Positions 27,902 through 38,118 of a stretch of 39,173 bases of DNA are shown one piece after another (position 1 is the first letter of the stretch; the number at the start of each line of letters is the position of its first letter). The stretch comes from Candidatus Krumholzibacteriia bacterium (GTDB lineage Bacteria; Krumholzibacteriota; Krumholzibacteriia; LZORAL124-64-63). The notes below the pieces were generated by a model. The model did not search any database. It saw only the letters and a list, made by a program, of their open reading frames with translations, and had not been told where the DNA came from. The stretch lies in the NCBI GenBank assembly GCA_036351155.1, contig JAZBOO010000024.1, positions 1 through 39,173 of the forward strand, read 5' to 3'. Position numbers and translations under genes: made by a program.

Positions 27902-30244
27902 CTACAGCAATCCGTGGCGGCGGCGCAGGTACCACTCCGCCCCGAGCAAGATCACCACCAGCACGAAGAAGGGCCAGCCGGACCAGAAGTCCCAGCGCTG
28001 ACGCCTCTCCCTCATCTCCGGCGACCAGTCCACCGCAGACAGATCCTGAAGCACCTGTTCCAGGGTTCCGCTGTCGGAAAGGGAGTGGTAGGTGCCCCCC
28101 ATCCTGAGAGCCATCTGACTCAGCAACCGGCTGTCCTGCCGGACCTGGGTTTCTTCCACCGAGTAGGCGGTGACCACCAGCGACTCCTCGGAGCCGGTCA
28201 CGGGCGGATCGCCTGGGCCCACGAGCTGCAGCGCATAGTGCCCTGGTGGCAGTGCGGGAAGGGTCACCTGGGTCAATCCGGGCTGACCGGTCACCGCTTC
28301 CAGAGCAAACGTTCTTTCCACGGGCAAGGGCTCACCTTCGGTCCCCGCCGGCTGGGATTTCAGAACCAGCGAGGGGCGTCGGTCCAGCACCGGCTGGCCG
28401 CGCATATCCCGCCACTGGGCCGACAGGGTGATGGTCTCCCCTTCCTGGTAAAAAGGTCGACGTCCCGAAAAAACCAGACCGCTTTCCTGCTGCCCGGCCG
28501 CCAGCCAGACCAGAATATTGCGGAGCAAGCGCTCCCCGGCCTGCCCAGTTCCCACCTGATCATCACCCGTGGTGCCAGGGCGCCAGAAAACCTGCTCCCA
28601 GAGCCGCCGGCCGCCGTACCAGATCACTCGACCCTGCCCCTGATTGCCCAGCGTGAGCAGGGGCAGATTGCTGGTCTCCCCGGCACGCGATGTCCCGCGC
28701 CCCACCAGCAGAGGCATGGCTTCCGGCTTGTCCTGCACCTCCAGAATGCGGCGCAAGGGAGGCAGCTCCTCCAGAATGGTCCCCCGGGATCCGGCCATCC
28801 CGCCCGCAGGAGTTTCCTCCGGAGCCGCCATTCCCCGCAGCACAGGGTGCCCCCTGCCCTCGGCCACCGCGGTGGCGACAAATCCGTCATCCAGCCAGCG
28901 CAGGCGAGTGAAGGTCACCGGAAGCATCGCCGAAAGCTCCTCCGGCGGCACGGGGATTTCCCGCTGAAGGACCGGCCCCGGCTCGGGCATCACCATCAAC
29001 CCCAGCCCGTCTTCGACCGCCCGGGCCAGCTGCGTCCAGTCCACCTGGGTCGCCAGATCCTGCCAGCCCATGAGGACCACGCCATCCCAGCGGGCCCAGT
29101 CGGATCTGGACACGGGCGGTGTCCAGGCCTTCAAGCTGTCTGCAAAAACCAGACCTTCGGGCCCGCGCCGGACCACCGTCAGGTCAATACGGGACTCGGC
29201 CAGGGCCGCCTGGGCCAGGAATCGTGTATCCCACCCCGGACGTGGGGCCAGCAGAAGGACCTGGGATCGGCCCCGCCGCACGTTGACCGCCAGGGACACC
29301 TTGTTGTTGGCCAGGAAACGCTCGTTGTCGAGCGGTGACACCTCGACCGTCAGGAGCCTGAGTCCCTCGGTCTCGGCCTGGAACGGAAGCTCCAGACGGC
29401 TGGTGATCCCCTCCGGCACCAGGGTGGTGTCGGCCAGGACGCGGCCGCCCTCCTTCAGCCTCACCGTGACGGGATCGGAAATTTTTTCGGTCAGGAAACG
29501 GTGGGTCAGGGAAAGCTCGACCACCGCCTCGTCGCCGGCATAGACGGTCTCGGGATAACGCAGATCCCGGATCAGGCGGTCGGCCGCTCCCTGCGGATCT
29601 CCCACACCCAGAACAGAAAGAACCGTGGCGTCACCCCACCGCTGGGCCCGAGAGCCCAGGGCACGACCCGGACCGAGCCGGGTTTCCTGTCCATCGGTCA
29701 GCAGCATGAGGGCGCGCACCGGTTCGGCCGCCAGGAAGTCGCCGGTCTGGGCCATCATATGGTTCAAATCGGTCCCCAGGGCCTCAGGGTCGGTCACCAC
29801 GGGATCGGCAGGAGAAAAGCGGCGGAGGGGGTCCAGGCCATTGCCCCGCAGGTAAATGGTCTGACCTGCCCAGTCCCGGGCATTCAGGGAAGAATCGATC
29901 CTGGCCGTCAGGTTCAGAGCCGCCTGCCAGCGTGAGGGCCCCTCGGCGGGGCTTTCCCCTCGCCAGCCGCCATCGTTCAGACCCATGCTGGCCGAGTCCT
30001 CCATCACCACCGCCAGGACGGCAGGGCGCTGATCCTGGAAGAAGCGTGAAAGCACCGGCCCGGCCAGGGCCACCACCAGCAACAGCAAGGCAGAAACACG
30101 CAAGGCCACCAGCATCCGTCCCAGTGAAGGCGGCGGACCCGGGCGGGTTCGGCCGTAGACCCGGATTGTCCAAATGACGGCCCCTGCCGCCAAGACCAGC
30201 AGCAGGGGCCACATCCAGACCGGTGTTGTCCAGGTCAGGGACAT
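27902..30244 (-). CDS. membrane-anchored vWA / Ig-like / GATase-like domain protein
   Basis: Two N-terminal TMs, MIDAS-like EDSASM..TD..LLTDG, ENN-type Ig end (ERFLANN), C-terminal TM ending AEWYLRRRHGLL. Confidence 0.85.
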   Translation of the reverse strand: MSLTWTTPVWMWPLLLVLAAGAVIWTIRVYGRTRPGPPPSLGRMLVALRVSALLLLVVALAGPVLSRFFQDQRPAVLAVVMEDSASMGLNDGGWRGESPAEGPSRWQAALNLTARIDSSLNARDWAGQTIYLRGNGLDPLRRFSPADPVVTDPEALGTDLNHMMAQTGDFLAAEPVRALMLLTDGQETRLGPGRALGSRAQRWGDATVLSVLGVGDPQGAADRLIRDLRYPETVYAGDEAVVELSLTHRFLTEKISDPVTVRLKEGGRVLADTTLVPEGITSRLELPFQAETEGLRLLTVEVSPLDNERFLANNKVSLAVNVRRGRSQVLLLAPRPGWDTRFLAQAALAESRIDLTVVRRGPEGLVFADSLKAWTPPVSRSDWARWDGVVLMGWQDLATQVDWTQLARAVEDGLGLMVMPEPGPVLQREIPVPPEELSAMLPVTFTRLRWLDDGFVATAVAEGRGHPVLRGMAAPEETPAGGMAGSRGTILEELPPLRRILEVQDKPEAMPLLVGRGTSRAGETSNLPLLTLGNQGQGRVIWYGGRRLWEQVFWRPGTTGDDQVGTGQAGERLLRNILVWLAAGQQESGLVFSGRRPFYQEGETITLSAQWRDMRGQPVLDRRPSLVLKSQPAGTEGEPLPVERTFALEAVTGQPGLTQVTLPALPPGHYALQLVGPGDPPVTGSEESLVVTAYSVEETQVRQDSRLLSQMALRMGGTYHSLSDSGTLEQVLQDLSAVDWSPEMRERRQRWDFWSGWPFFVLVVILLGAEWYLRRRHGLL

Positions 30245-30250
30245 CGGGAA

Positions 30251-32944
30251 TTAAGCTCCCTTGTCCATCTTCTCCTGAACCACGACCTGCGCCGCAGCCA
30301 GCCGGGCAATGGGCACCCGGAAGGGCGAGCAGCTCACGTAGTCCAGTCCCACCTTGTGGCAGAAGGCCACGCTGCTGGGATCGCCGCCGTGCTCGCCGCA
30401 GATACCCAGGTGGATATCGGGGTTGGTGGCACGGCCCTTCTTGCAGGCCATTTCCACCAGCTGACCCACACCGCTCTGGTCCAGCTGCTGGAACGGGTCA
30501 TTGGGCAGAATACCCATGCGCACGTAATCCGGCAGGAACACGCCGGCATCGTCACGGCTGTAGCCGAAGGTCATCTGGGTCAGATCGTTGGTCCCGAAGC
30601 TGAAGAAGTCGGCCACTTCAGCCATCTGGTCGGCCAGCAGCGCCGCCCGGGGGATCTCGATCATGGTGCCCACCAGATAATCCACCTTGATGCCCTGCTC
30701 GGCCATGACCTGCTCGGCAACCTTGATGGACAGCTCACGCAGGTCGGACAGCTCGCGGCGGGTGCCGGTCAGGGGAATCATGATCTCGGGGCGAACATCC
30801 ACGCCGTCCTTCTTGACCGCACAGGCCGCGCCAATGATGGCCGACACCTGCATCTCGCAGATCTCCGGGTAGGTCAGGCTCAGGCGGCAGCCCCGGTGTC
30901 CCAGCATGGGGTTTTCTTCGTGGAGGGATTCGATCTTCCGCTCCAGCATTTCCAGCTCCACACCCATCTCCTTGGCCAGGATCTTGATGTCCTCCGCTTC
31001 ATGGGGCAGGAACTCGTGCAGGGGAGGATCCAGCAGGCGAATGGTCACCGGCAGGCTTTCCATGGCCCGGAAAATCCCGTCGAAGTCCTCCTGCTGCATG
31101 GGCTGCAGCTTGGCCAGCGCGGCACGACGCGCAGTTTCGTTGTCGGCCAGGATCATCTCACGCATGCGCATGATCCGCTCCTCACCGAAGAACATGTGCT
31201 CGGTCCGGCAGAGACCAATACCCTGGGCGCCGAACTCGCGGGCCTGCTGGGCATCGTGCGGGCTGTCGGCGTTGGTGCGCACCTTGAGACGGCGGGTTTC
31301 GTCGGCCCAGGTCATCACCTTCAGCAGGTTGGGGTCGTCCATGTGGGGCGGCACCAGAGCCGGCGAACCGGCCATGACCGCACCGGTGGTGCCGTTGATG
31401 GTCACCATGTCGCCGGCCTTGAAGGTCTGGCCGCCGATGGTCATGATGCCCTTGGCGGAATCCACGAACAGCTCACCGCAACCGGCCACACAGGGCTTGC
31501 CCATGCCGCGGGCCACCACGGCCGCGTGGCTGGTCATGCCGCCACGGCTGGTCAGGATACCCTGCGCCACGTTCATGCCGGCGATATCCTCGGGGCTGGT
31601 TTCCCGTCGGACCAGCACCACCTTCTTGCCCGAAGCCGCTTCGGCCACGGCCTGTTCGGCGCTGAAGACCACTTCACCCTGGGCCGCGCCGGGACTGGCC
31701 GGCAGACCCGTGCCCAGCACGGTGATCTCGGCGTCGGGATCGATCTGGTCGTGCAGCAGCTGGTCCAGGTGATCGGGCTCCACCAGCAGCAGGGCCTCTT
31801 CCTTGGTCACCAGGCCCTCGTCCACCATCTCGGCGGCCACGCGGATGGCGGCCACACCGGTGCGCTTGCCGTGGCGGGTTTGCAGCATCCACAAACGACC
31901 GTCCTGGATGGTGAATTCGATGTCCTGCATGTTCTTGTAGTGGCTTTCCAGGCGATGACGGATATCCAGCAGCTCCTGGTAGCTCTTGGGCATGACTTCT
32001 TCCATGGTGGGCAGATCCTTGGCCTCGTTGCCCTTGGGCAGGATGTCCCGACCATGAATGTTGATCTGCTGGGGTGTCCGGGTGCCGGCCACCACATCTT
32101 CGCCCTGAGCGTTGATCAGGAACTCGCCGTAGAAGAAATTCTCACCCGTGGAAGGATCGCGGGTGAAGGCCACGCCGGTGGCCGACGATTCACCCAGGTT
32201 CCCGAACACCATGGCCTGCACGTTCACCGCGGTGCCCCAGTCGTGAGGAATGCGGTTGATGCGGCGGTACTCCACGGCCCGGTCGGCGTTCCAGCTGCTG
32301 AAGACGGCGATGATGCCGCCGTACAGCTGCTCGTAGGGATCATCGGGGAACGCCTTGCCGGTCTCGCTGACCACGATCTCCTTGAAGGTGGCAATCAGGT
32401 CCTTGAGGTCGTCCACCGTCAGGTCGGTGTCCTGCTTGACCCCGCGCTTTTCCTTGAGAGCGTCGATGGCATGCTCGAAGCTCTCACCGGAAACGCCCAT
32501 GACCACGTCGCCGTACATCTGGACCAGGCGGCGGTAGCTGTCGTAGCTGAAGCGTTCGCTGCCACTCTTGGCGATCAGGCCCTTGACCGTCTCGTCGTTC
32601 AGGCCGAGGTTCAGCACCGTGTCCATCATTCCGGGCATGGAAACCCGGGCGCCGGAGCGCACCGAGAACAGCAGAGGATCGGCCGGGTCGGCGAATTTCT
32701 TGTCCATCACCTTTTCGACCTTGGCCAGGGCTTCCTTGATTTCGGACTTCAGGGCCTCGGACAGTTCGTGGGTCTTCTGGTATTCGATGCACTGCTCGGT
32801 CGTGATCGTGAACCCGGGAGGCACAGGAACATCCAGGCTGACCATCACAGCCAGGTTGGCGCCCTTGCCACCGAGAAGATTTTTCATTCCGGCATGGCCA
32901 TCAGCCTGCCCGTCACCAAAGAAATATACCCTCTTGCCGCTCAT
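30251..32944 (-). CDS. ppdK: pyruvate, phosphate dikinase
   Basis: LGGKGANLA, SVRSGA..SMPGMMDT, GGMTSHAAVVARG, GIGLCRTEHM, SFGTNDL, GICGEHGG; GGAG RBS before ATG 32944. Confidence 0.98.
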   Translation of the reverse strand: MSGKRVYFFGDGQADGHAGMKNLLGGKGANLAVMVSLDVPVPPGFTITTEQCIEYQKTHELSEALKSEIKEALAKVEKVMDKKFADPADPLLFSVRSGARVSMPGMMDTVLNLGLNDETVKGLIAKSGSERFSYDSYRRLVQMYGDVVMGVSGESFEHAIDALKEKRGVKQDTDLTVDDLKDLIATFKEIVVSETGKAFPDDPYEQLYGGIIAVFSSWNADRAVEYRRINRIPHDWGTAVNVQAMVFGNLGESSATGVAFTRDPSTGENFFYGEFLINAQGEDVVAGTRTPQQINIHGRDILPKGNEAKDLPTMEEVMPKSYQELLDIRHRLESHYKNMQDIEFTIQDGRLWMLQTRHGKRTGVAAIRVAAEMVDEGLVTKEEALLLVEPDHLDQLLHDQIDPDAEITVLGTGLPASPGAAQGEVVFSAEQAVAEAASGKKVVLVRRETSPEDIAGMNVAQGILTSRGGMTSHAAVVARGMGKPCVAGCGELFVDSAKGIMTIGGQTFKAGDMVTINGTTGAVMAGSPALVPPHMDDPNLLKVMTWADETRRLKVRTNADSPHDAQQAREFGAQGIGLCRTEHMFFGEERIMRMREMILADNETARRAALAKLQPMQQEDFDGIFRAMESLPVTIRLLDPPLHEFLPHEAEDIKILAKEMGVELEMLERKIESLHEENPMLGHRGCRLSLTYPEICEMQVSAIIGAACAVKKDGVDVRPEIMIPLTGTRRELSDLRELSIKVAEQVMAEQGIKVDYLVGTMIEIPRAALLADQMAEVADFFSFGTNDLTQMTFGYSRDDAGVFLPDYVRMGILPNDPFQQLDQSGVGQLVEMACKKGRATNPDIHLGICGEHGGDPSSVAFCHKVGLDYVSCSPFRVPIARLAAAQVVVQEKMDKGA

Positions 32945-33056
32945 GATCACTCCATGGGAAAAGGTCCGAAGATTAGCGTGCAGGACAGCACGCCCGGGCT
33001 GGTAAGCCCCTGGGTCAGCATCTGCGAATAGTAGCAATAATGTAGTCGACCCCGGG

Positions 33057-33095
33057 AAAAAAAACAGGGCGAAAACACCTTTCGCCCCGTTTTTT
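33057..33095. terminator. bidirectional-looking Rho-independent terminator between the propeller gene and ppdK
   Basis: A8 tract, stem GGGCGAAA/TTTCGCCC, T6 tract. Confidence 0.8.
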
Positions 33096-33136
33096 GGATT
33101 GTTTCGCCCCATTTACCGGTCCTGGACAAACCAGGG

Positions 33137-35464
33137 TCAGCGGATAATCACCAGCTTGCCCCAGTGTTCCTCCCGAGCGGGGGATTCTGCCTTGTACAGA
33201 TACACACCAGGGGCAATGGGCTCACCCTCGTGGTTCCGGGTATTCCAGTAGATATTCCCGGCTTGCATGGTCTCCGGACCCAGATTCATGACATCATCAC
33301 CGGCGGTGGTGAAGACCCGGACCCGCGATTCGGGAGGCAGGTTGGTGAAGACCACGGTCTCCCCTTCGCTGCCCGGAATGCCGGCATCGCGTCGCAGAGG
33401 ATTGGGATACACGTAGATGGTTTCCCCGGCCACCGGATCAGCCGTTCCGCTGTTGATCTGCACCGGGATCCTGTTCCCGACACCGGGGAACGGGGAGTTC
33501 TCGTCCAGAGGGAAGCGGGGTGAGAAAATCATGGCGTTGCTGTTGTTCTGGGGAGAGACCTGGGCGGTATTCCCGTAATCGAAAGTCCCCACTGCGTAAT
33601 AGTACGAAAAGCCGTTGTATACTTCATCGTCGAAGAAACGGATCGTGTCGGGTTGATCGAAGTTGAAACAGGCCGCCCGCTTGGAGGCATAGCACTGGGG
33701 AGACAGGTCATAGCTGGCGTCCCCGCAATAGCCCTCGATACAGGACTCGGGGTTCACCCGGTCGTACATGCCCAGCAAGACCATGTTGTCGGGATCGTGG
33801 CTCGGCGCACGCCACACAGCCCAGCCCTGGAAGGTCTGGCAAATCAGGGAGAAGGTATCATCTTCCAGGATATCCCCGTTACCGAAGGTGGCCTCCAGCC
33901 CCAGAGAAATGTTCCTGAGGGAGGGGGCGGTGAGGGTGTTGAAGGTTTCGCTCAGAAGCAAGGGCGAACCGGGCACGTAGATTCCGCCGGCAGTCGTGGC
34001 CAGAAGGAGATCTCCGGGATTTTCCCGGTCGAACAGGACCTGAAGACCCGTGGGGATGAACGGTTGTTCGGGTGCAGGGGCCCAGGTCAGGCCGCCGTCG
34101 GTGCTGACCAGAAGACTGTGTCCGTCCTCCTGGGCATAGAAAAGCCCCCCGGTTTCAGGACTGGCCTTGATGGAGAAATTGACCAGCAAGCTCAGGTTGG
34201 ACGGCTGCACGGCCTCGGCCACCTGAACCCAGTTGACGCCGCCGTTGTCCGTCCGGAAGAGCCCCAAGGAACGCACTCCGATGACCATGATCTGACCATT
34301 GGCGGAATCCACCGCCAGGGATTTCACACTCCGCTCCCAGTCCTCGGGAACATTGAGGTCGCCGTACAGATCGTGCCAGGTGTCTCCCCCATCGAGGCTT
34401 TCCCACACACCGTGGAAGTCCAGTCCCACCAGAATCCGGTCCTCGCTGGAGGGGTCCACGGCGATGGTGTTGATGACGGGCAGCTCCAGGATTTGCTGGG
34501 GTTCCGGCAAATTCAGATTGTTCGGCACCAGGATTTCACTGCGCTGAAAGGAAGAACCATTGTCCTCGCTGATATAGAGACCGATCCCGGGAGCAAAGAC
34601 CAGAAGCCGACTGCTGTCCCAGTTCAGGGCCCCCACGTTGACGTTGCCCTCGGGGGCCACCAGACCGGGGTCCAGTTCGGACCGGAAACGCGTGAAGGTC
34701 TGGCCGCCATCGCTGGTCACGAACACACCTTCGCGGGCCGTGCCCACAGCGAAGCGGTTGTTGTCGGTCGGCGAAACGGCCACCCGGGTGACCCGGGAAG
34801 TGGCGTTGAAGGCCGTCGAGCTGACCCGGCTCCAGGAGCCCTGGTTGCGCAGCCACAATCCCTGCAGGCCCGTCTCCAGGGTGGCCCCGGAGGTGATCGC
34901 AGCCACCTGGAAACCGCCCGATCCCTGCGCAAAGGCCACCACATTGGTGCGGGCCCAGGTCATGGGGAAGCCATCGTTCTGGTGCAGCCATTGGCCGGCA
35001 CTCTCGTCGTACCGCAAAATCCCGCCATTGTTGGCCAGGTTCAGGGTTCCGGCCAGAACTCCGGTGGGGTTGGCACCCTGGGATTGCCAGTTGATCAGCA
35101 AGGGAGTCGATTCCTCGTGCCCGATGGTCCCCCCGGCACCCTCGGCCTCGAAGACGAGAAGCCGATCCACCTGATCACCAAAACCACCGGTCACATCCAC
35201 GTCGAACCCCAGGGCATCGACCCCGTTCAGGGTGTAGCAGGTGGCATCATCGATGGGTAGGTCGGGCCAGGAAATGATCAGACCGGGACGGCCCACCACC
35301 TGCTGCACTGTCGTGATGTCATCGGGGGATAGCAGGTACAGAGAATCGGCCGCGCAGGCCTCATCCGGAGTCTGCGCCAGAGCCGATCCGGCACCCACGA
35401 CCACGGTCAGGATCACCAGCAGGGCCAAGACCCGATTTGCTGTCAGGAAGCTCCCTGAAAACAT
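33137..35464 (-). CDS. secreted Asp-box (BNR) beta-propeller protein with FN3-like and T9SS/FlgD-like C-terminal domains
   Basis: Signal peptide ending ALA; five Asp-boxes (TSDGGQTF, SEDNGSSF, SLDGGDTW, TDNGGVNW, STDGGLTW); VYNGFSYYYAV; CTD IYVYPNP..FTNLP..WNTRN..GVYLY..KLVIIR. Confidence 0.85.
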   Translation of the reverse strand: MFSGSFLTANRVLALLVILTVVVGAGSALAQTPDEACAADSLYLLSPDDITTVQQVVGRPGLIISWPDLPIDDATCYTLNGVDALGFDVDVTGGFGDQVDRLLVFEAEGAGGTIGHEESTPLLINWQSQGANPTGVLAGTLNLANNGGILRYDESAGQWLHQNDGFPMTWARTNVVAFAQGSGGFQVAAITSGATLETGLQGLWLRNQGSWSRVSSTAFNATSRVTRVAVSPTDNNRFAVGTAREGVFVTSDGGQTFTRFRSELDPGLVAPEGNVNVGALNWDSSRLLVFAPGIGLYISEDNGSSFQRSEILVPNNLNLPEPQQILELPVINTIAVDPSSEDRILVGLDFHGVWESLDGGDTWHDLYGDLNVPEDWERSVKSLAVDSANGQIMVIGVRSLGLFRTDNGGVNWVQVAEAVQPSNLSLLVNFSIKASPETGGLFYAQEDGHSLLVSTDGGLTWAPAPEQPFIPTGLQVLFDRENPGDLLLATTAGGIYVPGSPLLLSETFNTLTAPSLRNISLGLEATFGNGDILEDDTFSLICQTFQGWAVWRAPSHDPDNMVLLGMYDRVNPESCIEGYCGDASYDLSPQCYASKRAACFNFDQPDTIRFFDDEVYNGFSYYYAVGTFDYGNTAQVSPQNNSNAMIFSPRFPLDENSPFPGVGNRIPVQINSGTADPVAGETIYVYPNPLRRDAGIPGSEGETVVFTNLPPESRVRVFTTAGDDVMNLGPETMQAGNIYWNTRNHEGEPIAPGVYLYKAESPAREEHWGKLVIIR

Positions 35465-35500
35465 TCAATTCCGCCTTTCCAACTGAACGCGATTTCCATG

Positions 35501-35529
35501 GGGTCCTGCCACCCGAGGCGACAGGACCC
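35501..35529 (-). other. stable intergenic hairpin without U-tract
   Basis: GGGTCCTGTCGCC-TCG-GGTGGCAGGACCC, 13-bp stem with G-U pairs only on the minus strand. Confidence 0.6.
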
Positions 35530-35539
35530 ACGGGTTGGG

Positions 35540-38047
35540 CTACTGGTTGATGGGCAGTCCGAAGAAATCGAGCACCCACCTGATCGCTTTTCTCGATTCG
35601 TCGTGATCGAATCGATAGGGATCGAATCCCCAGAAGATATCGGGCTTTCCGCCGGGCTTGTCGATCACGGTCTTGTACGAGGCAAAGCCGTAAGTCAACC
35701 CATTGGCCCGGCTGCTGCCCAGCGAAGTCACCTGACCATCCTCATCGACGTAATTCTTGAGGGACACATTCACCGGCCCGCAGAGACTGGTCAAGCGCAC
35801 GTCGGTGTACAGGCTGCTGGGCCAGGCATCGTCGCCGGCGGCCCATTTCCGTTCACGCAACCAGTCGAACCGCGCCAGTCCCTTGAACATGGGCTCGATG
35901 CACAGGCCGCCGGGAGCTTCCAGGGCATCAGGACATTCCTGAAGGGTCACCGGAGTGGGCCGGCTGCTGATATTGTTGTCCACGAACTCGTCCCCGGTGA
36001 AGGGGAACCCATTGTTCAGCGTGTCCGCTCCCACAATGGCAATGTCGCGCCAGTCGATTTCCGGGTTGGTCCCGATGGTGTCGGAAATGGCCGACGACCC
36101 GATCAACCAGTGGTCCCGGAAGGCCGGATCCAGCACCACGGCCTTGAGTCCGGCGCAGTTGACCTTGCGGTCCTCGCTCCCCAGGGTCGGACGCCCGTAG
36201 ATGTACTCACCGGTGGGCACGTTCCAGTCCAGGGAGGCGATCCCGGCCGTCAGATAAGGGTACTGCAGAGGGCCACGATCCACTTCGGTCCCATCAGGCA
36301 GTTCCTTCGTCCCGAAGCCCACCACGTAGGAGTTGCCGGCCAGGGTGTAATTCTCTTCCCCGCCCGAATCGAAAATGATGGGCACCATGTAGTTGGTTTC
36401 CGTCTCCAGGAAGGACTGCATGCTGCGCGAACCCACCAGGAAGAGGTTGCCCCCACGCTCCTGATACGGGCTCAGCCACACGTACTGGTCATTCTTGTTC
36501 TGGGCCCGGAAGTCGGAGAACATGGTCTGGTTCACATGGTTCCTGGCATAGACCAGGACGGCCTTGTACCAGACCAGGTCGGCATAGTCCACCTGCTCGA
36601 TATGGTCCAGGCGGTCCTCATCCCAGTTGAAGCCGGTCACGCCGCCGTCTCCCTCCAGAAACCGCCAGTAGCCGTTGCGGAATTCTTCCTTGTCGTAGGC
36701 CGGGCTCCCGCCCTGACCACCCCACTGGTTGGTCTGCTCGTCAATCACCTGGTCCAGGACCAGCAGGGGATACTGCAGGTCACGTGCAATATTGGGGATC
36801 ACCTGCAGGTTCCAGATAAAAACCTTCACACTGCCGGAGTCATCGACCACCCGCAGGAAGAAGTTGTGGTCGCCTTCCTGGAAGGACTTGGGCTCGGCAA
36901 AACGGTTCTGCTCCGATAGTCCAGGCGGCACCGCCCAGCCGGGATCGTTGGGATCACTGACATCCAGGAGATCCCAGCCATGCCGCATGGACACCACTGT
37001 GCCGTTGTAAGAGGCCGAGCTGGCGCTCCAGGAAAAGTTCAGGGGCTGACCGGCGGCAATTTCCGTGCTTTGGTCGAGGGTCGCTTCCCCCAGAAATTGT
37101 TCCTGGACCCGCACCGAGGGACTGAAGCGCCCAGGCTGAGAAATTTCCACATTCAGCACCTGTTGCTGATAGGCCCGGCCCACGCTGACAGCGCCCGCGG
37201 TGTCCTGAACCTGCACGGCAAACAAATGAATGCCAGCGGGAGCCTGATTGGGGAACGAGATCCGCCGATCCACCTTCAGCGATTTGTAAGGAATCCAGGC
37301 CGTCCAGTTCGGGTCCTCGAAACTGATCAACTCGTCGAAATAGGTATTATACCGGTTGCGGGTGATGATCTCGGTCCCGTCCTCGGCAATGGCCGGACGC
37401 CAGAGAAAGCGCACCTAGGAGGGCACCTTCAGGTCAAAATCCGGGTCCTCACCTTCGTATTCGAAGGTGACGGTGGTGGGCACGGGCTTAACGGCATTGG
37501 ATAGGCTGGGATAAACACCCCGCGCCGTGGGCACCAGAGTGGTCGAGGTGAAGGACATCTGGGCCGGCGAGGGATCCACGGCTCCATCGTCATCCACGGC
37601 CCGGATCCACAGGGTGTGGGTCCGGAAGCTGCGGGCGTAGTCATTGAAGGGATCAGCCGGATCGTCGGGGTTGATATCCCCCGGAAAATCGGCCTGGTCC
37701 GCCAGCACGTAGAAGAGGCTGTCATTGCTCTCGGTGTAGAACCAGGGATTCAGAACCGCACCGGTCAAGGGATCGACGGTCATGGTGTCCTGGGGACTGA
37801 TCCCGTCCACACCATTGTCACTGATCTTCCACTGGAAGCCCTTGACCCGCCCATCGGGATCGGATCCGGTCCAGTTGAACTGGACAATGAACCCGGCCTC
37901 GAGCAAGGCGGGCGGCTGTCCGGTGATCCGGGTGTCCGGTCGGCTGTTGGGGATGGCCGTCCCCCCCAGTTCGGTATTGACGGAACAGCTGGCCACGGCC
38001 AGCAGGGCCAACCCGGTGGCCATGATAACGATCAAGCGCCTGATCAT
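35540..38047 (-). CDS. large Ig-repeat lipoprotein interrupted by an in-frame TAG at codon 211 (readthrough gene or pseudogene)
   Basis: GAGGAG RBS, ATG 38047, lipobox LAVASC; ORFs 37415..38047 and 35540..37414 are in the same frame separated only by TAG 37415-37417; an internal repeat spans the stop. Confidence 0.75.
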
Positions 38048-38118
38048 TGAGATTCTCCTCGATCCTCTGGTCGCCTCGAAAAACTGATGAAACCTGTCTC
38101 CATGGGCACGCATACTCA

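Noticed and set aside
26363..29338. 991 aa plus-strand ORF, and similar long plus-strand ORFs (3278-4828, 10028-11809, 14327-16090, 21564-23942, 30356-33031)
   Set aside because: They lie antisense to well-supported genes, have no recognisable motifs, and are expected shadows of high-GC codon usage.
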